Source: Neoechinorhynchus agilis
Taxonomy: Eukaryota; Animalia; Acanthocephala
Direction of reading: 5' to 3'
Assembly (NCBI GenBank): GCA_051530055.1
Contig: CM121342.1
Span: 468,797-532,796 of the forward strand
DNA: 64,000 nt
The notes under the pieces were generated by a model. It ran no database searches, was not told the origin of the DNA, and saw only the letters and a list, made by a program, of their open reading frames with translations. This document shows, piece after piece, positions 1-9,088 of the stretch. The stretch's first letter is position 1, and every line of letters begins with the position of its first letter. The position numbers were made by a program, and so were the translations under genes.

Positions 1-536
1 TCTCACGTTGGTGCCAGCCTAGCCTTCGAGATTGAGGTGATGCACAAGGCATCCGATCCGGTGGATCTCTCGATTGCCGAAGCGCTATGCATTAATCGTG
101 AGAAAGTAGTGGGATTGAGCGGGGTTACGAGCAGCAAGGACGGACACAACGAGGCAGAGGGGATGCTCAATAAGAGGGATGAGCTGACGGACAGCGTTGC
201 CCTCCTCTGATTCCTTTTCAGACAACCGAAGAAAAGCTTCCTGACGAAGACGCAAGGCGTCGAAAATTTGAAGCAATAAACAAATAAAACACCCGTTTTC
301 CGTTCGATAATAAATCTGGAATAAACATGAGGGTGTTGGGAAAAGAGGATTTCCATAATATCTACGGAAGCAATGTTGGCGGGGAAAATAGAGCAGGCGG
401 ATTTTATTTGTTTACAGAAAGCGGGACGAGAACCAACTATTCGCCTCCCAGTTTTTAAGGAATTTATATTGAATCCTACAACTAGTAACCAAAGCGTAGG
501 ACAAATCGGATTTTCGGGGGCTATAAACTTATTTGA

Positions 537-881
537 GTGAACCTTAACCCTAGACTTCTTTTTCAATACAAAGATGAATTTTTGGCAGTGCAATTCATCG
601 CAGTTAGCAATATGCTGCTAAATAGAGATGACCGAATGATTCTGGCGAATATCTATATTCCACCCCGTAAAGTATCTAATTTTCTTAAATACAAGGTTAA
701 ATGGTTTAATGAATGGTCCTTGGACATTGTAATAAGTTATTTCGATTCGAACGGGTTAGTTTCGTTTTCTGCCCGGAAACCCATTTATGATTTTATTCTA
801 GCACCATACCCTTCCTTTCATAACTACTCAAAAAACGCACATTCGTTTTTAGACGCATGTCTTATTAAAAAAAAGTTTTAA
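537..881 (+). pseudogene. AP-like endonuclease fragment of LINE ORF2
   Basis: MILANIYIPP...SLDIVISYFDS resembles the APE motifs NVYAP and GDFN, and lies upstream of the RT fragments on the same strand. Confidence 0.6.
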
Positions 882-1600
882 TATACAGGCAAAGGTTACT
901 ACTCAATTTTTTGAACAGAAATTGATGAGGTATGACATGATAGTCTACAGAGTAGGAAGGGCGGATCTAAAAGCTCGGGTAGTTCTGGATGCAAAGAGAA
1001 TTCAAGAATTTAATAATACAATAGGGGGACATACAGAGGAAGCGATATCATTGTCTGCGATCAACCCAATTATATTCGATGCTTCTGATGCTCATCTTTT
1101 AACTCATTTACCGGAACATCTTCGACGTCCGTCGAAGGGAGCTAACTCCTTACTTCGAATGGCAGTTATTGCCGAAGTCTAGGGGGACATAAAGCTTTGC
1201 AAATTTTGTAAAGAAAAATTTTATAAAAAATTTTATTGGAAAGAAATTGAAAACGACCAGAAGAAAATTTTTTCAACTAAAAAACTAAGTCATTTTGAAA
1301 TATACTTTTAAAGCGAAGATGGTGTGACTGGAAAATTAGGGCGTCGAAGTGGATTGGGTCTATTTCTTACGAGGAGGTTATAGCCCAAATTTTAAGGCGT
1401 AATCTTTTTGGAGTATCTTCAATGCCATCATGGAGCCCGCCCTTGAGAAGCAGAATATCAATGGAAATTGACAAAGAATCTTTGCTTTGTTTCTGGGGAA
1501 GAAGTGACTCGGGAGCTGATAACACTCTATCTTGTTCTATAAAAAAGTTTTTAACGTTGTAAATATTAATAACCGAAATAAACTCTTGGATAAATGGAAT

Positions 1601-1816
1601 AAAAGATAAAGTTTCGAGGATTTAAAGGAGATAAATAGGGTTAAAAAAGTTATTATACCGAAAAATTAAAAGATGATTGAATCTTCGGCGGACGTTAGAT
1701 TGATCGCTAAAAGATAAAGTTTCGAGGATTTAAAGGAGATAAATAGGGTTAAAAAAGTTATTATACCGAAAAATAAAAAGATGATCGAATCTTCGGCGGA
1801 CGTTAGATTGATCGCT
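1601..1816 (+). repeat. 108-bp direct tandem duplication (2 units)
   Basis: 1601-1708 and 1709-1816 both read aaaagataaagtttcgaggattt...gttagattgatcgct, with about 2 mismatches. Confidence 0.95.
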
Positions 1817-2325
1817 ATACAAAATCCAATCATCTCCTTAGTTGAAAAGGTAGTGAACCCCAAGCTCCTTAATTTTATCATGTTTAAAAAGTTATTCCCG
1901 AACAACTATCATGGCTTTATTCCTGGTAGGGGAATATGAACTCTTATGCATGAATTAAATGAATTAAACAACAGTCTTATAGGTGTGAACAAAATTTTAC
2001 TACAAGTGAATATAAACAAAGCGTTTGACGCGATCGATCGGAATTTTATTTACTTTTTTTAGACATTTTAAAAATTCTTAAAAGAATTAAACAAAACATT
2101 ATGTTTCTTTTAGAATCGAAATCTTACTTTTTAGAAGTGGATCCTAATAAAACACCATTTTACTCAAGATGTGGAGTGCCACAAGGTTCCCCACTCTCTC
2201 CTAACCTTTTTCTGGTTGGGATGGTTGAGCTTTTAAAAGAATTAAAAAGAATTCCCCACGTAGAAATGATGGTCTATGCAGACGATATATTTTTATTATA
2301 TATCATAAAAGGGCTGAAGATTTAG
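1740..2325 (+). pseudogene. Reverse transcriptase fragment, non-LTR type
   Basis: INRVKKVIIPK...VRLIAIQNPIISLVEKVV...NNYHGFIPGRG...VNINKAFDAIDRNF, then RCGVPQGSPLSPNLF...VYADDIFLL. Stops and frameshifts are present. Confidence 0.9.
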
Positions 2326-3249
2326 TAAGAATAACAGCAAATCTCTTAAAAAGACTTGTTATCCTTTTAAAAAAAGGGAAACTTACAATTAATAGAGAAT
2401 AAACAGTTATAGTTCCGCTTACCAAATCCAACGGATCAAGGGCTTCACTGAAAAATAAATTAATAAACAACAAGGAACTACAGCAATGCTCCTTCAAAGG
2501 ATGTTCGCGGGTTTTAGGGATATAAAATTAAAAGTTTATGCAAAAGAATTTTAGGTTAGGATCGGAGTGCTGCTTTCCGGTGCCTGTGCTCAAAACATTT
2601 TTGGGAGGAACTTTTTGTTTTTTTTGTAGAAGTAGGCCCCCGGATTTCAGGATAGACTTCGCAAATTGGTTCATAAAGAAATGTGGAAAATGTATTTAGA
2701 AATAGAATGAAGAAGCAAAAAGGAATCTCAAATAATTTTTATGGACGAATTTTTTAACAAAAATATGGAGATATGATGGGAGAAGAAACAATGTAAAATA
2801 TAGACTGACACTTAACAAAGTGGAAATAGTTGGCGAAAAAGAAACTAAGAAGGAAACACTTAGTCAAAGGGAGACAGATTTCTTTTACAAAACATCGATA
2901 TCCTTAAATCAATACTGGAAAAAAATGATATTCATCCAGAAAGGCGAACAAATGTTCCAACATATCGACATGATGTAGTCATCAGACAGAGAGGGATTGT
3001 GTTCAAAAATGCACGTATGGCTGTCATACTTTTGTTATTTAAACTTTGTTTTTTCCTTCCTTGCTCCTTATGGATTGATCACCTGTTAAGGGGGCGAATG
3101 GAATAGACAAAGATTGGATCATAAAGGAAAAGAGTGGGATTCGGAAGGATAATACATAGAGAGTGTTTCTTGGATTGGTATGGCATGCTTGTAAAATAAA
3201 ATAAATAAAAAGATACTGCACACACCATTTGCCTAATACCATTCGCTAT

Positions 3250-4030
3250 CTTACCTCCACTCCTGATTCGATGAATTGCTGATCTCTGAGCCTCGAGATC
3301 ATGAAGGAAGTAACCAAATTGACATAACAAAAGAATTATCCCCCGCGGGATAATTCGGCATACTCAGAAGCCTTTTTAGACAGGACTATCCTCCCTGTCT
3401 AGCTTATATGTAGCAGCCCAAAAGAACAAAAAGTGTTAGGAGAGTACGTGTATGATTACGGACAAATAATTAAATCGAACAAAAAGACTAAATAACAAAT
3501 GGCTCTCACAATATAAATTCAGAGTACATTCTCCTTTTTCCAAGAATCCACTTTCTCCCTCTCTCGTCTGTTCAGTCGCCTCACAATCTCGTTGAACGTA
3601 TGTTCATCATTTATAGAACATCTTTTCCAATTCTTATGTGGGTAATTCCAGATCTTTGTTATAAAAATACGCCATAAAAACGATTCCATCGATTCTCTTT
3701 TTGATGTTTCCAAATCTTTCAAAACTTTCCATACTCGTTTGATAAACCAGACGCCAAAATCAATCCGCAACTCTGGCGGCCTTGCTCTCCCAAAAAAGCA
3801 GAATGAGCCAGCCAGAATCGTCTTCATAATTTCCAGTGTGACATACCATCACACCCAACCACCTGATCCTTCTGGCAATTGCTGCGACTTTGAGAAACGT
3901 AGATCCTAGAGCAGAGTTCAAGGCGACTCTTCTTCTAGTAGAAGGAAAGTTTATCCCAAGCACTCTAGAACATCTTGAAACCTTCATCATTTGAGTGCGC
4001 GGATCCTCTAAAAATTTAGCATATAACTGC
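3250..4030 (-). mobile_element. Non-LTR retrotransposon copy 2: ORF2 C-terminus and 3' UTR only
   Basis: RVLGINFPSTRRRVALNS (3760-4030) and LAGSFCFFGRARPPELRIDFG (3519-3827) are homologous to copies 1 and 3. The 3' UTR at 3260-3510 aligns with 12890-13090. Confidence 0.8.
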
Positions 4031-4042
4031 TTATGAGCCACA

Positions 4043-4830
4043 TTGGAATCAATGATGGAAATGTTGCGAGAACAATCAAGGAATCGCAATTTGCAAAAAC
4101 AACTCCTAGAAATGAAGAAGCATAAACAATCTTGTCAGATATTGATTCCGCAATTTCGACGACTCGAATGCGAAGATGAGACATGGTCCGACTACGTGGG
4201 ACAACTGGAACAACATTTTGGCGCTTATGGCATAGAGGAAAATAACACGAAAGCTCATATACTAGCATGGAGTGGACCGAAGACGTATCAACTGATAGGA
4301 AAAATTATTAAAGATTTCAAATCAAGTTCCACCACTTACGCAGATATAGTGTCCGCACTTACTAACCACTATCAGAGACCAATTCATGTGGTAGCGGCTA
4401 GATATGCGTTTGCACAATGTAAGATGGGATCCGACCAAAATCACGTGCAATAGATGGCGGAGGCCCGTGGAATCGCCAATACCTGCCAATTTCACCCAAA
4501 ATCAACAATTACGGAAAACGAAGCGATTGAGGATAGACTGCGAGATCTCCTCACACTGAATACCGCATTCGAAGGAATTAGGACGCAGATTCTCAGACTT
4601 GAAGATCCTACTTTCGATCAGGCCCGCCAGGGACAGTAGTGATAACAAAGTACGTGAATAATTATGTGCCAAAGTTGATTGAATGGGACCGAGCAAAGGC
4701 GAGATGGAATGAAGATTAAGTAGTAACCTGCGTTGTGGAAGATGAGGAGGGCCTTAATATACAAGTAGTAAAGAATGTTGGGCGAAAAATTTCATTTGCC
4801 ACAAATGCAAGCGAGAGGGACACATCAAGA
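4043..4830 (+). pseudogene. Gypsy gag (disrupted)
   Basis: ORF pieces 4043-4453 and 4454-4639 are separated by an in-frame TAG. A downstream CX2CX4H knuckle remnant is present. Confidence 0.75.
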
Positions 4831-4899
4831 GCCGAGTATGGCAAGTAGATCAGATGAGTATCGCTAATATATCTGCGGATCATGAAACCGGCGTCCATG

Positions 4900-6650
4900 A
4901 AATCGAAAAAAGTGGTGACAGGCCGATGATCGTTCCAGAGATAAATGGAAAATTGGTTCCAATGTAATACGATACCGGCGCAGCCATCTCGATATTACCA
5001 GAACGATGGTGGCGACAAATTGGTGCCCCGTGTTTGCAAAAGAGGAGCAATCTTCCCACCTACGGAGGCGCAACAATCAGCACTAAAGGTGAATGCATGG
5101 TCCGCTCCGGGCTCAACAATATTCTCAAAGAGCTATCAGTTGTGGTAGTCGATGGTACTGATCATCCATTGTTTGGACGGCCGTGGATAGAGGCTTTCGA
5201 TTTAATATGGCCGAAGAAAGTGTCGATATCACAGATCACGAACAATGCTAAGATTGATGGGTTGGATGAGCTGCTAATAAGATGAAAGATTTGTTCGGGC
5301 CGGGAACAGGGCGTTTTAAAAGTTTCCAGACGAAATTATTTGTCTCACCCGAAGCAACACCGAAGTGTATACCATCGAGGCGAATACCCGTGATGCTTCG
5401 AGAAGGTATAAGCCAAGAGATCAATCGAATGGTAGAAGCAGAAATTCTGGAACGGGTATACGCTTCAAAGGATGCAATAGAATGGGCGACTCCGATAGTA
5501 GTGGTCCAGAAGTGAAACGGAGGTATACGATTATGCGGAGATTTTCGCGCAACCATCAATCCGCATTTGACAACCAACGCATACATGATGCCAACTTTTG
5601 AGAAGGCAATGTATCAAATTGCCGATGGACAGAAATATTCCACAATCGATCTGAAAGAGGCGTATTTACAAATGCCCGTCGAATCGCAGTATCGATCCTT
5701 GCTGACCATATCTACTCCGATGGGCTATTACAAATTCTGCAGACTACCTTATGGAGTGTCGTCCGCCCCACTTATTTTTCAACGTTACATGAGTAACCTG
5801 CTGCATGGAATTCCGAACGTTTCGATCTATTTGGATGATGTGATTGTGACGGGAAGTAATGACCGATCTCATCTCGAGAATCTTAAAGAAGTGCTCAAAA
5901 GGTTATTAGATAGTGGCTAGAAAGCTAAGAACGATAAGTGTTCGTTTATGCAACCAAGAGTCAAATTTCTCGGGTATATCCTCGAAGATAATCAGATAAA
6001 ACCGGATGGGGAGAGGATCGAAGCGATTCGATCGATGAACAGTCCGACCAACCTAACTGAGCTACGAGCGTTTCTAGGGGCGGTCAATTTTGTTGAAAGA
6101 TTCATACCCAACCTGCAATCCAAGTGCGTTCCTCTATATCGTCTGTTAAAAAAGAAGCGAACTGGAACTGGGGCGAGGAACAGGAGGAATCGGTGGACCC
6201 TATGATGGTAAGAGCGCACTGCGTCTCATGTGCGACGCATGTGAACAGGGTCTTAAAGCCGTATTACTCCAAAAGGATACACAAGAACAGTTTCGAGCGA
6301 TTGCTTATTGCTCAAGGACTCTTCGGCCAGCTGAGCAAAGATATGCCCAGATTGCACGGGAGGCGTTAGCGTTGGTCTATGGTGTTACAAAGTTTAATTT
6401 CTATTTAATGGGTGGCGCTTTCACGTTGATCAGTGACCACAAGCCATTGCAATATATTTTTGGAGAAAAAAGGAATTTACAGAAGACGACAAATCACAGA
6501 TTAGTTCGTTGGGCGACTTTCTTGTCCCAATATGATTATCACTTGGTCCACATCAACGGCAAGGAAAACGCTATGGCAGATATGCTATCACGATTCAGTT
6601 CAGGCAAGGAAGACGATCTTTATAACTATGCGAAAACGATCAGAACCCAC
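4900..6650 (+). pseudogene. Gypsy pol: aspartic protease, RT, RNase H (disrupted)
   Basis: DTG protease motif, YLDD RT motif and RNase H motifs lie in ORFs 5282-5515, 5567-5920, 5948-6205 and 6228-6713. In-frame stops occur near 5513 and 5918. Confidence 0.9.
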
Positions 6651-6847
6651 AGAACAAGCCGCCGAACAGGCAACAATTTCAGCCTCACCAACGCCGATAG
6701 CTCTATCAGATAGAGAGGAGGAGGAGGAGGGAAGAGAAACAGATCACCCAACAAATGAAGACACTTGTACGCCTAAGATTGTCAACGCGCAGAGTTTGCG
6801 CAGAAGCAATCGGGTCAAGCGAGCCCCTCTCAGATTTCGGAACTTCT

Positions 6848-6864
6848 AGAAGAGATGGGGAGGA
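6848..6864 (+). other. Polypurine tract
   Basis: agaagagatggggagga lies right after the pol stop and 2 nt before TGTTG. Confidence 0.8.
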
Positions 6865-6866
6865 TA

Positions 6867-6988
6867 TGTTGCGTATTAACTAATATCGATCGGTTGATAG
6901 ACATATCGTGCAGCTATTTGTGTGTACGTGGTGTGGAGTGAGAGTGCGGTTCATAAAAATAATAAAAACGGTTATGAAGCATCTAACA
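6867..6988 (+). repeat. Gypsy 3' LTR (about 122 bp)
   Basis: Begins TGTTG after the PPT, contains AATAAA at 6961, and ends TAACA. No partner LTR is present in the window. Confidence 0.7.
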
Positions 6989-7048
6989 GATCCTACGGTC
7001 TATGCATTAACGAATTGCCTCAATTATTGCTTAAACATTTTAGAATAT

Positions 7049-8300
7049 TTAGCGAAAACGGCCTTTATGCCGGCCTTTAACATGCCTACCCATCTTTCTA
7101 ATCGGGCCATGCGATGACAACCCATCCTCATTATTACCAAGTTCATCCTCTTTTTCACCTGAAGCACACCTCTTACCCATCATCAATTTCTCCTGAACCT
7201 GTTTAATTACCTCACCCACCTCATTATTTTCCACATTCTTGACCGAGGCAATCATATTTAATAAATCACAAATTATTTTATCCTTCTCCTCGAATTTCTT
7301 ATTTAAATTATCAACCCTCTCTTTAAGTATTTCTAACTCCTCCTTAACCTTATCTTCTACCTGAAAACTATTTCTCCTAACCTTATCCTCTCCTTGAAGA
7401 CCATTTTCCCCCATATTACTAACATCCACCTTTTCCACATTCCGTTTAAACCAACTATTATAATTACCCGGCTTCGCCATCTTCCAGTAACTAACCGCTG
7501 CCGTACAAGTGCGCCTATATGCCTCATGATTTCCTAAACAATTTGCACAGGCAATTTGTGCATTGAGTTAAAACGTAATCATAAATCGACTCCGATTGGC
7601 GGGATACGAAATTAATCCAATATGCCATAAACCCAAAATATCTCCCCTGGACCTCGTCTACCTCATCCTGCGAGCCCGATACAAGTGAAGCATAAGGCTC
7701 CGAAGAAGGACTCCTTTTCAAATATTTAATTGGCACAACACCAAAAGTGTTTTGAAATAATATAAACTCATATTTCGACATATTCGGCGGAGGGTTTAGC
7801 ACCAAAACTGACACTTTCCTTGATATATTTTTATACTTAATGTTTTTACTGCGAAGGAGCTCCTCAAATAGTTTCATTCCTTCAACTTCCAGGAAAATCA
7901 TTAGCACCGCCCACTTGGTCCTAAAACATTTTTTAATTTGATACCTTCTGTCATCACTAAAGTTATTAGGTTTCAAACCTTCCGAAAAATAGATCTTTGT
8001 CAAATCATTTGCCGTCAAATCTCCTAACTCCTCTATTGATCTTCAAAACAAAATCATCTCTCCTTCTCGGCAACCGAAAAACACCTCTAAATACTGAATC
8101 AGAACATTCACCTTGGTGGGGGCGACAATTCATTACTCTCTAAAACCACCTCCCCCATGACGTTATCCTTCAACATTACCTCCCTATTACCTTCCACAAC
8201 CTTGTTATACCTCTCGACATCTACTATTCTGTCACTACCTTTATATTGAACATAATCCACATCCATCTTCTCCCCTCCACGATCATCCGGAGGACTCGGA
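7049..8300 (-). pseudogene. Non-LTR ORF1 (gag-like) remnant with CCHC knuckle
   Basis: The frame upstream of ORF 7049-7480 reads CANCLGNHEAYRRTC (7505-7549), the terminal knuckle typical of Jockey/I-type ORF1. A coiled-coil-like segment follows. Upstream pieces 7524-8018 and 8108-8300 are frameshifted. Confidence 0.7.
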
Positions 8301-8317
8301 TCAATGGAAACATGATT

Positions 8318-8510
8318 TTTTTTAAGTTTCACTGGCAAGCCGGTATGTTATGATCATCCAATTTTAGACAATCCCTTTCTTGTCCGGCTTACAAACTCTT
8401 AACCGTGCATTAGAGACTATGTGGTTATATCACTTCTCTGATGTAATTGGTTTGGCTTTATGCCTAAATAAATAAGTCGGACAAGAAAGGGATTGTCTAA
8501 AATTGAACGG
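8318..8510. mobile_element. Short fold-back insertion flanked by 12-bp direct repeats; partial copy of the 8832-8989 module
   Basis: ggaaacatgatt occurs at 8306-8317 and 8511-8522. 8318-8391 is a direct copy of about 8833-8906. 8392-8506 is an inverted copy of about 8872-8989. This creates about 33-bp arms at 8359-8391 and 8473-8506. Confidence 0.8.
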
Positions 8511-8831
8511 GGAAACATGATTATTTTGATCATTTTTCGGAGCGCAATTATTTTAACAAAAAATTACGCGACGTCGCTCTTGTGTAAAAAATGCGCTCCA
8601 GTTACAAATCAATTTTTCGGTTGATGAAGGACCTCATCGACGATATCTCGCAAATTGGTATGTGGAAGGTTTATTGCATGAACATGAGACAAAAAACTTC
8701 ACTGCAGAACATGCCGATGTTATAAAAAGGCCTCGCATATCGACAGTCAGCAATATAAAATAACTCATAGAAAGAAGGATGATTTTATTCCATTGATTAG
8801 AAAAAAGGGCTTATCTCTATTAAAAGTTCTA

Positions 8832-9088
8832 TTTTTTTAAGTTTTGCTGGCTAGCCGGTATTGTTATCATCATTCAATTTTAGTCAATCCCTTTCTTTTC
8901 CGGCTTATTTGTTTAGGCATAAAGCCAAACCAATTACATCAGAGAAGTGATATAACCACATAGTCTCTGATGTCGGTTAAGAGTTTGTACATTCCTCCGG
9001 ATCCTCAGATACCTCCAGGAGGCGGGACTCATCAGTGAGTTTCCTCCCTTCAGCGGTATTTCGTCCCCTTTGGCAAACAATACCGGCT
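8832..9088 (-). mobile_element. Small non-coding repeated module carrying the hammerhead; A-run at its minus-strand 3' end
   Basis: Partial copies at 8318-8510 and 14976-15060. T7 at 8832-8838. Perfect 13-bp inverted repeat at 8853-8865 and 9076-9088. No ORF. The module boundaries are inferred. Confidence 0.55.
8999..9068 (-). ncRNA. Hammerhead ribozyme, non-circularly permuted (candidate, core intact)
   Basis: Minus strand 5'->3': GGGAC-GAAA-UACC (9067-9055), then CUCA-CUGAUGA-GUCCC (9039-9024), then GGUA-UC-UGAG (9013-9004). Stem II is GUCCC/GGGAC, stem III is UACC/GGUA plus A15.1-U16.1, and stem I is CUCA/UGAG plus a 2x2 loop and 3 bp. All 13 core nucleotides are present. Confidence 0.8.

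Larger units (their letters stand above)
330..3210 (+). mobile_element. Decayed non-LTR retrotransposon (APE endonuclease + RT), family copy 1
   Basis: APE-like NIYIPP/DIVI at 537-881. RT motifs read across frameshifts: KKVIIPK, YHGFIPGRG, INKAFDAIDR, GVPQGSPLSP, YADD (1740-2325). C-terminal GGTFCFFCRSRPPDFRIDF near 2600. 3' UTR motif at 3015-3060 is shared with copies 2 and 3. A-rich TAAAA/TAAA run at about 3193-3211 may be the tail. Ends are approximate. Confidence 0.85.
4043..6988 (+). mobile_element. Ty3/Gypsy (Mag-like) LTR retrotransposon remnant: gag-PR-RT-RNaseH, no integrase, 3' LTR only
   Basis: Gag WSDYVGQLEQHFGAYGIE. Zinc-knuckle remnant CHKCKREGHI at about 4797-4826. Protease DTGAAIS at about 4970. 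RT WATPIVVV..CGDFR, STIDLKEAYLQM, LPYGVSSAP, YLDDVIV. RNase H CDA, YCSRTL, SDHKPL, NAMADMLSR. PPT and TG...CA LTR follow. Confidence 0.92.

Noticed and set aside
3-593. 196-aa minus-strand ORF and other antisense ORFs over the TEs (e.g. 9271-9543, 9723-10064, 10228-10611, 18263-18589)
   Set aside because: They have no recognisable motifs and are shadows of plus-strand coding or TE sequence.
8853-9088. MITE defined by 13-bp terminal inverted repeats
   Set aside because: Homology with the 8318 copy extends past the left repeat to the T-run, the other copies lack paired TIRs, and no transposase-type TSD is evident.
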